Source: an uncultured Holophagales bacterium (GTDB taxonomy: Bacteria; Acidobacteriota; Thermoanaerobaculia; Multivoradales; UBA5704). Taken from it: a stretch of 64,000 nucleotides of DNA. Position numbers and translations under genes: made by a program. Under the pieces are notes generated by a model. The model saw only the letters and a program-made list of their open reading frames with translations, did no database searches and had not been told where the DNA came from. The first letter of the stretch is position 1. The number at the start of each line of letters is the position of its first letter. Positions 22,181 through 35,201 of this stretch are shown here, in pieces. The stretch spans positions 1,088,001 to 1,152,000 of the forward strand of contig CAWJGT010000009.1 in NCBI GenBank assembly GCA_963842525.1. Direction: 5' to 3'.

Positions 22181-23134
22181 ATGCGCACCGAGCTCCTCCA
22201 GATGGCTGCGGACCTGGCAGGCCGGGAAGAGCCGTTTGTGCTGGCGGTGGTGGTGCGCCGCCGGCCCGCCAGCTCGTCACAGCCCGGCAACATGGCGCTC
22301 ATCACGGCCGCGGGCGCCTTTCATGGCTGGCTCGGCGGGAGCTGTACGCAGCCGACCGTAGTCCGGGAGGCCCGGCGCGCGCTCGCCGACGGCCAGCCCC
22401 GGCTCCTCGTGCTGACCCCCGATCCGGAGTCCGAACGGCGGCCCGGCGTGGATGTCTTCCCCATGACCTGCCAGAGCGGAGGGAGCGTGGAGATCTACCT
22501 GGAGCCGATGCTGCCGGCGCCGCGCCTCGTCGTGTTCGGCGCCTCGCCCACCGCCCACGCCCTGGCGACGCTCGGCCAGGCGATGGGCTATTCGATCGCC
22601 GCGGTCGAGGACGACCTGGAGGCGCTCGCACGGAGCGCAGCGGGCTCGGGCTCGTCCTGCTTCATCGTGGTGGCAACCATGGGGGAGCAGGACGAGGAGG
22701 CGATCCGCGCAGCCCTGGCGCAGAAGCCCGCCTATCTCGGCGTGGTGGCGAGCGCCCGGCGTTTTGCGCAGATGCGGGAGACGCTCCTGGCGCAGGGCGT
22801 GGCGGCGGCGGACCTCGACCACATCCACAGCCCGGCCGGAATCGCGATCGGCGCCCGCACCCCGGAGGAGATCGCGCTGTCCATCCTCGCGCAGATCATC
22901 GAGCAGCGCCGGACCGGTGCAGAGGAGAAGCCGTCCGCGGTCCAGGAGGCAGAGCCGGAGGCCCCACCCCCGCCATCGCAGGCGATCGACCCGATCTGCG
23001 GCATGACGGTCGAGATCGCCACGGCCCGCCACACGGCCGGGCACGCGGGCCGCATGTACTACTTCTGCTGTGGCGGCTGCCGCCAGCGGTTCCTCGCCGA
23101 GCCGGAGCGCTATTTGAAGGAAGGGGCCGCGTGA
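22181..23134 (+). CDS. XdhC/CoxF family protein with a C-terminal YHS/TRASH domain
   Basis: GWLGGSC, MTCQSGG, PAGIAIGARTPEEIALSI; DPICGMTV...YYFCCGGC. Confidence 0.88.
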   Translation: MRTELLQMAADLAGREEPFVLAVVVRRRPASSSQPGNMALITAAGAFHGWLGGSCTQPTVVREARRALADGQPRLLVLTPDPESERRPGVDVFPMTCQSGGSVEIYLEPMLPAPRLVVFGASPTAHALATLGQAMGYSIAAVEDDLEALARSAAGSGSSCFIVVATMGEQDEEAIRAALAQKPAYLGVVASARRFAQMRETLLAQGVAAADLDHIHSPAGIAIGARTPEEIALSILAQIIEQRRTGAEEKPSAVQEAEPEAPPPPSQAIDPICGMTVEIATARHTAGHAGRMYYFCCGGCRQRFLAEPERYLKEGAA

Positions 23135-23140
23135 ACCGGA

Positions 23141-23285
23141 CCCTCACCCCCGTCCCCTCTCCCACCCGCACTCCCGTCCCCCGGGCGAGGGGCGCCACCA
23201 CCCAAAGGCTTGAAAACAAGAGGACGGTTCCCCCTCTCCCGGGCGGGTGTGAGTGCGGATGGGAGAGGGGGCCAGGGGGTGAGGG
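23141..23285. repeat. Long palindromic (REP/MITE-like) element, copy 2
   Basis: CCCTCACCCCCGTCCCCTCTCCC ... GGGAGAGGGGGCCAGGGGGTGAGGG; same architecture as 21905-22061. Confidence 0.8.
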
Positions 23286-23288
23286 GCC

Positions 23289-24184
<896 letters not shown>

Positions 24185-24188
<4 letters not shown>

Positions 24189-25321
24189 TTCAGAGCGGCC
24201 TCGTCCATCACCTGGCTTCCTTCGCGCGGGCTCTGCGCCAGCGCGGCGTCGGCGTCAGTCTGAGCGACGAGGCGGACGGCTTGGCGGCCCTCACGTTGAT
24301 CGACCTCGGCGATCGCGATGAGGTGCGCCTCGCGCTGCGGGCTGCCCTGAAAATCCGGCCGCGCGACGCCGCGGTCTTCGAGGAGCTTTTCGCCCTGCTG
24401 TGGAGTACGGCCAGGGAGGAAAGGATACCCGACCCTCCCGCGCATTCCCGGCCTCCGGGAGCCGCCAGGATGCGGCAGGGGCCGCCGCGTCCCATGGGCT
24501 TGCCCCAGGCTTCCACGGCCACGGTGGCCTCGCCGGCTGCCGGAGACGAGCCGGGCTATAGCCGCGAAGCGGTCCTGCGCCGGAAGCCGTTCGACGAGCT
24601 GTCGGCGGCCGACCTGCAGGAGATGGAGCGCCTGCTGAGCCGCCTGGCGCTGCGGCTGGCCACCCGGCCCAGCCGGCGGCGCGTGCCGACGCGGGGCCGC
24701 GGCGAGGTCGATCTGCGGCGCAGCTTCCGGCGGGCGATCGCCCACGGCGGCGAATTCCTCTCGCTGGCGCGGCGGACCCGGCCGATCGAGGAGCCGCGCC
24801 TGGTGGTCCTGTGTGATACCAGCGGCTCCATGGATCCCCATACCCGTTTTCTGCTGACCTTCCTGCTGGCACTCCACCGAGTGGCGCGGCGGAGCGAGAT
24901 CTTCGCCTTCAACACCTCCCTGGTGCGGCTCACTCCCTCCCTGAAGACATTGCGCCCCGGGCGGATCGATCTCGCCCTGGAGCGCATGGCCGCCCGCGTG
25001 CCCGACTGGTCGGGAGGCACCCGGATCGGCGAGTGCCTGGCCGAATTCGTCGAGTTTTACCTGGACGAGCTGGTGAACGGGCAGACCAGTGTGCTCATCC
25101 TGAGCGACGGCCTCGACCGCGGCGACCTGCGGCCCCTCGAGGGAGCGATGAGAGCGATCCGGGCGCGGGCCCGGCGGGTGCTGTGGCTCAATCCGCTGGC
25201 CGGCGATGCGCGGTACGAGCCCACGGCCCGGGCCATGGCGGCGGCGCTCCCGTACGTCGACCGTCTCCTTCCGGCACACAACCTGGAGTCGCTGGAGCGG
25301 CTCCTTCCCCTATTGACTTGA
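24185..25321 (+). CDS. coxE: VWA protein CoxE
   Basis: DTSGSM, WSGGTRIG, SDGLD, WLNPL. Confidence 0.9.
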
Positions 25322-25343
25322 GGGTTGACCCTGAGGCGCGACC

Positions 25344-26078
25344 ATGGGAATGCAGATCGAAAAGAGCTTCGTCCTCAATGCACCCGCTCCCGCGGTCTGG
25401 GAGTTCCTGACCGACCCGTACAGGGTTGGGCGCTGCCTGCCGGGCGCTGCCATCACCGAGAAGCTGGACGACGGCAGCTATGCCGGCACGATCACCGTCA
25501 AGGTCGGACCGGTGACCGCCAACTACCGCGGCAAAATGCGTTTCGAGCGGCTGGACGCCGCGGCGGGGGAGGCGGAGATCGTCGCTTCCGGCCAGGAGAC
25601 GCGCGGCAAGGGCGGCGCCGACATGCGCATGAAAAGCAAGGTGACAGAGCGCGCACCCGGCGAAACCGAAGTGTCCGTGATCTCCGACGTCAACGTGGTG
25701 GGCGTGCTGGCGCAGTTCGGCCGCGGCATGATCCAGGACGTCAGCGATCAGCTTTTCCAGAGGTTCACCGTCGCCATGCGCAAGGAGCTCGAGGTCCCGG
25801 CCGCGCCCGCCGCAGCGGTGGCCGAGGCTCCTCCTGTCGAAAGATCGACGCCGGCCGCCACGGAGGTGCCATCTCCAGGTCGTGTGGAGATGGCCGCCAC
25901 CGCCGCACCCGTTCTACCGCCGGCACCGGTTGCCGGCGAAGCCGCGCTCGACCTCGGCTCATTGGGAGCCGCGGCAGCGGGCCGGGCGGCCGCCCGTACC
26001 CTGCGCCGGCCCGGTTTCTGGATTACAGTCATTGTCCTCGCGCTGTTGATCTACTGGTTCTTGAGGAGCCAATCATGA
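25344..26078 (+). CDS. coxG: CoxG (SRPBCC domain plus C-terminal membrane anchor)
   Basis: VWEFLTDP..CLPGA, VKVGPV, LAQFGRGMI; Ala/Pro linker and terminal TM helix. Confidence 0.9.
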   Translation: MGMQIEKSFVLNAPAPAVWEFLTDPYRVGRCLPGAAITEKLDDGSYAGTITVKVGPVTANYRGKMRFERLDAAAGEAEIVASGQETRGKGGADMRMKSKVTERAPGETEVSVISDVNVVGVLAQFGRGMIQDVSDQLFQRFTVAMRKELEVPAAPAAAVAEAPPVERSTPAATEVPSPGRVEMAATAAPVLPPAPVAGEAALDLGSLGAAAAGRAAARTLRRPGFWITVIVLALLIYWFLRSQS

Positions 26079-26947
26079 TTCCAGCACCGTTCGATTACTA
26101 CGCACCCCAAACGTTGGAGGAGGCCATCAACCTCCTCCAGCAACACCGGGACGACGCCAAAGTCCTCTCCGGTGGGCAGAGCCTCCTGCCGCTACTCAAG
26201 CTGCGCCTCGGCTCCGCCGGCCATCTGATCGACATCGGCCGCATCCCGGGCCTCGAATACATCGAGGAGAACGGCGATCTCCGGATCGGCGGCCGGACCC
26301 GCGAGTCGGCCCTGGAGCAGTCCGAGCTCATCCAGAGCCGCTATCCGTTGCTGGCGGATACCGCGGCGGTGATCGCCGATCCCCTGGTGCGCAATCTCGC
26401 GACGGTCGGCGGCAACCTGGCGCACGGCGATCCGGCCAACGACCATCCGGCCACCATGCTGGCGCTGCGTGCCCAGGTCGTGGCGACCGGGCCCAACGGA
26501 CAACGGACCATCCCGATCGATGACCTTTTCGTCGGCCTGTTCGCCACGGCGCTCGAGCCGGACGAGATCCTGACCGAGATCCGCATCCCACAGCCGCCGC
26601 CTCGCAGCGGTGGCGCTTATGTCAAGCTCGAACGCAAGGTGGGTGATTTCGCCACCGCGGCGACCGCCGTCCAGGTGACGCTGTCCGCAGGCGGCGAGGT
26701 CGAGCAGGTGGGCATCGGCCTGACCAACGCCGGCCCGACGCCCATCCGCGCCGCCGATGCCGAGAGCTTCCTGACCGGCAAAATCCCCACCGACGACGTG
26801 ATCGCCGAGGCGGCGCAGCGTGCGGCGGCGGCGGCATCACCGAATGCCGACCGGCGCGGGGCGGTCGAATACAAGCGGCAGATGGCGCGCGTCCTGACGG
26901 CGCGCGCTCTCAGGCGGGCCATTCAAAGGGCCCGGGGGGAGCAGTAG
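26075..26947 (+). CDS. coxM: Aerobic CO dehydrogenase medium (FAD) subunit
   Basis: MIPAPFDY, GGQSLLPLLK, VRNLATVGGNLAHGDPAND, KLERKVGDFA. Confidence 0.95.
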   Translation: MIPAPFDYYAPQTLEEAINLLQQHRDDAKVLSGGQSLLPLLKLRLGSAGHLIDIGRIPGLEYIEENGDLRIGGRTRESALEQSELIQSRYPLLADTAAVIADPLVRNLATVGGNLAHGDPANDHPATMLALRAQVVATGPNGQRTIPIDDLFVGLFATALEPDEILTEIRIPQPPPRSGGAYVKLERKVGDFATAATAVQVTLSAGGEVEQVGIGLTNAGPTPIRAADAESFLTGKIPTDDVIAEAAQRAAAAASPNADRRGAVEYKRQMARVLTARALRRAIQRARGEQ

Positions 26948-26949
26948 CC

Positions 26950-27432
26950 ATGGCGACACACCAGATCCACGTCAAGATCAACGGCGCCGAGCACAAGGCG
27001 GAGGTCGAGTCGCGCCTCCTGCTGGTTCATCTCCTGCGCGAGAACCTGGGGATGACCGGCACCCACATCGGCTGCGACACGACCCATTGCGGCGCCTGCA
27101 CCGTGCTCCTCGACGGCCAGCCGGTCAAGTCGTGCACCGTGCTCGCCGTGCAGGCCGACGGCCGCGACGTGATGACCGTCGAAGGCCTGGAGCAGAACGG
27201 CCAGCTCCATCCCATCCAGGATGGCTTCTGGCAGGAGCACGGCCTCCAGTGCGGCTACTGCACGCCGGGCATGATGATCACCGGCTATGCCTTGTTGGAA
27301 AAGAATTCCGATCCCAGCGAGCTCGAGATCCGCCAGGCCATCTCCGGCAACCTCTGCCGGTGCACCGGCTACACCAACATCGTCAAGTCCGTGCAGCACG
27401 CTGCCGCGAAGCTGCGGCCGGCCGCTGAATAA
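26950..27432 (+). CDS. coxS: Aerobic CO dehydrogenase small (2Fe-2S) subunit
   Basis: HIGCDTTHCGACTV, LQCGYCTPG, NLCRCTGY. Confidence 0.95.
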   Translation: MATHQIHVKINGAEHKAEVESRLLLVHLLRENLGMTGTHIGCDTTHCGACTVLLDGQPVKSCTVLAVQADGRDVMTVEGLEQNGQLHPIQDGFWQEHGLQCGYCTPGMMITGYALLEKNSDPSELEIRQAISGNLCRCTGYTNIVKSVQHAAAKLRPAAE

Positions 27433-27444
27433 GGAGGAGGAGCC

Positions 27445-29811
<2,367 letters not shown>

Positions 29812-30099
29812 AGCGTAAGACGAGAGGCGCCGGTGAGCCGGCGCCTCTCGATGAGAGGACCTCGGGAAGGCGAAGCGAGCCGCTCCACCGGATACGGATG
29901 AGACGTACTTCAAGACGTGCAAAAATTCCTGCACCTGCAGGCGAGATGCAGTTGGAGCCGATGATCGGATTCTTCTGTTTGCGAATCGGCTCCCGCTCCA
30001 TGTGCCGGAAGGCTGGCGTCTCCGAGTGGTCAAACGCGTTCCAGCAAGCCGCTTTGAGCGCCTCTCATATTTCAAGCCTCCGGCTTTGCCGGAGGTCTC

Positions 30100-33000
30100 T
30101 CAGACCGAAACGGTGCCGGATTCCTCAAGGTCGAGGACGTGCAGTGCGCCGTTCCGGTCTCCCACGACCACTGTACGCCCGGCGGGAGAAGCGGCGACAG
30201 CCGTGGGGGGAACATCGAAGGTGAAAGTCGTCAAGAGCGCTCCATTCAAACCGCTCCATAGCCGCAAGTCGTGAGCGGTCGAAAGGGAGGCGAACCGGTC
30301 GGCGCTCACAGAGATAAGGCTTTGAAGAGCCTCGTTGGGGCGAGGCTCACCGGTCCAGTGACAGAGCAGGGAGCCCGTTTCGAGATTGAGCACGGCCAGA
30401 TCCCGTGAGGCCAGGCAGACGGCCAGTCGGTCGTTCCCCAAAGACGCTAGTCCGGAGATGTGCTGATCGAGCGAAAATTGGTGCAGGGTTCTCCGCCCGA
30501 GATCCCAGCGAAGAATCTTGCGGTCCTGCTCCGTAACGAGCCACCGGCCCTCTCCTGCCTGTTCGAGAACCTCTCCCACAGGCATCGGGATTTTCCGTAG
30601 CCAACCGTTGTCCGGGTTAAAGATCCAGGCCGAGTCCACCGAGCGAAGGACCAGGCGGTCAGGTTTTACCAGGATCGCGTCTCGGATGTCGACGCCTGGC
30701 TGGACAGAGTACCTGTGCCGCCCGTCCTTCGCGCAAACCTGAACGGCGCCGAGGCCGGCATTCAGTACAAACCGATCGATGTCCAGCACGGCGAGGAGGG
30801 TCTCCCGGCGACGCCGGACTAGCGAAAGGGAACGCAACCGTCCTGTGCGGGTTTCCAGGAGCCACACCATTCCTTGCGCCCAGGAGCAGACGGCGTGATC
30901 GTTGTCGATGAAAGCGATGCTCGATATCCGGCCATCCCGCTTGGCCGGTGTCCGTACCCAGGCGGGCTGGGCCATGTCCCAGACCCTTAAGAGTGAGTCG
31001 GTTGACCCCGAAACGACCAGCCCCCCGACCGCGCTGGCAAGTCCAACCGGTGTGGCGGAGTGCGCGGCGGGAAGGCGGACGAGATCGCCTTGAGGAATGG
31101 TTCTGAGCCGAAGAGACCCTCCGGGAGTGATGCTCGCGAGGCGTTCATCGTCCAACCACGCCAAGCCATAAGCTCTCAGATCGGCAACGGAGGAGTGGAA
31201 AAGCACTATGCCGGACCGCCAGTCCCAGACTTTGAGCTCGCAAGGAATGGATGCTGCTGCCAACCGTCCGTCGCGGGCCGACATCACGGTCCACCATGGC
31301 CCGTCAATGGCAGGGCCCAGCTTCAACTCCTGTACCTTGCGGCCGGTTGCTAGGTCCCAGATGATCACGATTCCATCGGTGAAGCTCGCAGCCACATGAG
31401 GCTCGAGAGCCGCGAGGTCTGAAAGATGGGCAGGGTGCTTCCTGCGGAGGACGTGGAGGATTTCTCCATGATCAGGATCGATAATCAGAATGGCTGCGCC
31501 CCTGGCGGCGACCGCGAGCCGCCCGCCTGCGGCGGCCACGATCCGAAGCCCTCTTCTATGACGTTTGGTACGGCCCTGGAGGAGGGCGAGAAACGCCTTG
31601 AGAGGCGAGAGGCGAGGGATGGGGATCTCGGTCCAGGCGTCAGTCTGGAGGTCCCAGAGGCCTGCCTCTCCATTGGACCGGATGGTCGCCACGCGGTGGT
31701 TATCCCACGGGATCAGGTCGTCGACCGGACCTTCGCGGGAGCGTAGGAATTCCCCGGTCTCCAAGTCCCAAGCCTCCAGGCCAGAATTTGTGGCGGCGAC
31801 GATCTGGCAGCCACCCACGACGACGAATGTGTTCAGTTGGCTGCGGGTCCGGAAGGTCCGCAGGAGGGGGCCGGGCTGCGTGAGGGTAGGACGGAGCGGG
31901 CGTAGCCAGCAGGTGCCGCTCCACTGGCTGATCTGGGTCAGGATAGAGTCGAGCCCGGGAGCGTCTTCCCCGGAGAGACGCCCCAGGAGCTGGCTCGCGA
32001 GCTGGTCGGGGTCCCGTGCCACGACATGAGCCGACAGGCGCAGAGCAGCTTGGAACAGCGGGGCGGCAGGATCGCCGGAGAGGAGATCGTAGTCGGTGAG
32101 CAACGCAGGGACTCCAGTCACGGCCAGCTTGGCCTGCAGCCATGACACATCGAAGAGAAGCTCTCGCAACTCGTCCGCCATTCCTGCCTGGGCGAGATGC
32201 CAGGGAAGCTGTTCGAAGTACCACCCGTCGTTGGGGCCAGTGGCGAAACCACCCGGCGAACAGGTGGTATAGCTTTCGATGAAGCGGCGCTGCAAGGATA
32301 CCATGCTGCCGGCCGTCTTTCGGATGTAGTCGCGCTGAAGATCATGCAGGGCGAGGCGGTCTCCTGTCTCACGCAGGAGGAGAGACCGGTCGGCGAGAGC
32401 ATTTAGAAGCCGGTTGGCCTCACTCTGATCGAGGCCGGCTGCGGACCACAGAGTTTCCACGGCGGCCCTGGGAATCGCCGCGTTCTCTGGAAAGACAGCC
32501 AACTCAACATAACGCTCTCGCTCCTCCGGAGACAGAGCTTCGATGCTGGCCGCGAGAGCACGGAGCAGATTCGGGTAGGGATAGTCAGGGAAGTGGTTTT
32601 CTAAGCGCTCCAGGTCGGCCTGACGAAGCCTGTGCAGAACTTCATCCCACTCGCCGAGCCGGCGGGCCAAGCCACCGGCCATGGCGAGAGCCAAAGGGAG
32701 AAAACCGCATTCCTTTGCTACCTGATGAGCGGAGGATGGCATGTCGGCACGGTTCTGCCCGGCCCAGGAGGCGAGAAGGCGCAGGGCCTCGTCCGGCTCC
32801 AAAACGTCTACCTGGAGTTCCCACGCCGCTATGCTCGCCAGGATTCCGCCGTTGCGGGTCGACAGCAGCAGACGGCCGGGTGGCGTGACCACGTCGAGGA
32901 TCTGGGCAGCCTCGAGCGTCCAGACGTCGTCGAGGACAAGGAGCGCACGGCGACTGGCCAAAAATCGGCGGACCCGCTCTCGGGCCTGCGCAATGGAGGA

Positions 33001-33775
33001 GAGATCTGAGCTGTGGGCTCCCAAGGCGTCCGCCAACTCCCGTAAGAGGCCGAGGAGATTGGCTTCGCGGCCTACGCTTAACCAGTAAACCCCATCAGGG
33101 AAGGCCACACGCACTTCCGGGTCCCAGGCGATGGCGGCTGCCAGGACGGTCTTTCCGATTCCCCCCATACCCTGGACGCGCACCGAGCCCACTCCCGTGA
33201 TAGCCAGAGGAGTGCACGGACGGGCCAGGACAGCCTGCTTGAGGGTCGCGCTGTAAGAGGGCCGCTCCCGATAATAGGGAGGCAGTTTCGGGGGCAGGCC
33301 CACGGAGCCGGATAGAGAGGGGGGCGGCCGAAGGGAGATTGAAGAACTCCGCCAGGAGATCCGGATGGCGCTTGACGCACTCATCGAGTTCGGAGAGTGC
33401 CCAAATTCGGAGGTTCAGGGCGCCCGCCATTTCACGAGCCCGGTCGCGGGTGCCGGCGCTGATATCGCAGGTGACCATGAGCACCAGTTCCTCAGGGCGG
33501 TGCTTCGGGGGCAGCATCAGAATCTGCGCCACCGCAGCCATGGCATCGGAAGGGCCGAAGGCTCGGTAACGCTTACATTGGAAGACGGTCCGGCGGCCTT
33601 CGCGGGTACCAGCGAGGTCGCGGCCCTGATCGCCGCCGGAAGCGCCGAGGTGTTCGGCGTCCTGCCAGCCCTCGCGGCGTACGAGCCACAGGCACAGGCG
33701 CTCGAAGTCCGTGGGCGACAGCCGCTCGAAGGGCAAAGTATGCGTCGAGCGGGTGAGAGGGGGGTGGTTGGACAT
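30100..33775 (-). CDS. Mrr-like endonuclease + NB-ARC (APAF-1-like) + WD40 repeat protein; one frameshift near 33320
   Basis: N-terminal DFERLC...DQGRD...FQCKRY; Walker A GMGGIGKT; Walker B LLVLDDVW; LHDLQRDY; WD repeats. The frame switch falls at a G6 run (33319-33324). Confidence 0.82.
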
Positions 33776-34062
33776 CTGATTGAACGTAATCCCATTCTCT
33801 CAGAAGTGCATTCCGATTTATAGCCTCGTGGTCAACAGTCAGCCTTAGAGTCGTGCTCGTGGCGTTCCGATCCCTTCGCTCCTTCCCGTCGAGCGAACCT
33901 CGGCGACTGACTTCCGCACCTTGAAAGGAGATCAGGATGGACAGATTTCCTCGCTTCCAGGTACCGCCAGACGGCCGGCTCCCGCTTACGATCGGCTTGG
34001 TGCATTCCTCGGCTTTGGCCCCCCAACTGGGTGCCAGGCGATTCTCCAGAGGAGCCACCTCC

Positions 34063-34482
34063 TCAGAGAGGATGAATCCAAACTTCGCGGTGTGGCGCTG
34101 CGAGCCGCTCCAGATCATCACGGTCGCCGGTGAGGATATGGGCTCCTCCTGCCTCCACGGCATGGGCCACGACCAGCGCGTCCATGGTCTCGGCCGAGCG
34201 GGCTGCTCCCAGGAGGCGGCCGGCGGTGCGCCCATGGGCCTCGCGCGCCTCAGGCACGGAGCCGACAGCCTTCAGCACACGGTTGACGGGAGCGTCGCGC
34301 GGTCCGCCGCGGACGGTCTCGGCTACGACGACTACCGGGATTTCGACCGGTACTCCGAGCTCCAGGGCTCGGGCCAGGAATGCCCGCGCTCTCTGGTCTC
34401 CCCGGGCCAGAGCGATGACCGCCCCGGAATCGAGGATCAGGCGCTGCGGCGCTTGGCGGCCTTCTCTGCAGGTGACGGCCAT
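34063..34482 (-). CDS. PIN-domain toxin
   Basis: LILDSGAVIAL, VVAE, DALVVA, ILTGDRDD. Confidence 0.85.
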   Translation of the reverse strand: MAVTCREGRQAPQRLILDSGAVIALARGDQRARAFLARALELGVPVEIPVVVVAETVRGGPRDAPVNRVLKAVGSVPEAREAHGRTAGRLLGAARSAETMDALVVAHAVEAGGAHILTGDRDDLERLAAPHREVWIHPL

Positions 34483-34688
34483 GCTCTGCGGACCTCCTCA
34501 ATCACCTGCGGCTCGATCGGTCCCTTCTCCTGCTCGAGCTCCACGAGCAAGCCGGCGAGCCGGTCGTGCTGCAACTGGTGACGGAGGGCACGGTTGACGT
34601 AGCTCGAAAGCCCCCGGGAACCGACGACCTCTCGAGCTTCGGCGAGAAGCTCTTCCTCCAGGGTGAGGGAGACTTTCTCAGTTCGCAT
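34437..34688 (-). CDS. RHH-type antitoxin
   Basis: KVSLTLEEELL...LSSYVNRALR; overlaps the PIN gene. Confidence 0.8.
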   Translation of the reverse strand: MRTEKVSLTLEEELLAEAREVVGSRGLSSYVNRALRHQLQHDRLAGLLVELEQEKGPIEPQVIEEVRRAWPSPAEKAAKRRSA

Positions 34689-34794
34689 GCAGGAATCCTA
34701 CTCCAGGTAGGATTCAGGGGCAAGCGGGAAGCTCGATCCCTATTCCGCGGCTGGAATCACCGCCGCCAAGCGATCGTAGCGGCCGGGCCATCTC

Positions 34795-34998
34795 TTATTC
34801 GGTCTCTCGGAGCCGCAGCAGCTCCTCGAGGGACATGACGTTATCGAAGGTTCCCAGCTTCTCGGCGAGCTTCTCAAGGCGCTTCCGTCGGTTGAATTCG
34901 CTGATCGCCGTGACAATCGCATCGCGCTTGGTCCGGGCGTGGGTATGGCGGATGACTTCCTCCAGCTCCTTGTCCGGAATATCGATCGTCGTCTTCAT
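34795..34998 (-). CDS. VapB-family antitoxin (orphan)
   Basis: MKTTIDIPD...TKRDAIVTAISE; no intact cognate toxin follows. Confidence 0.8.
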   Translation of the reverse strand: MKTTIDIPDKELEEVIRHTHARTKRDAIVTAISEFNRRKRLEKLAEKLGTFDNVMSLEELLRLRETE

Positions 34999-35201
34999 GC
35001 TTCCATGGTAGCAGAATCAGGAATCTTCCGTAGCGAGAGCGGGAATCTGGACGGCCCGTCCCTGCCAAGTAGGTGCGAGGCGATTCTTCAGGCAGTTCTG
35101 AAGATGTGCGTCTTCCTCTATTGAGTTGATCCTTGAACAGCGAGTAAGATAGCGAGCCGCGGAAGTACCCATATCGCCACTTAACCTTGTGGAGGAGTCC
35201 G

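Noticed and set aside
29812-30099. Short ORFs between coxL and the NB-ARC gene
   Set aside because: No recognisable motif or ribosome-binding site; possibly decayed sequence.
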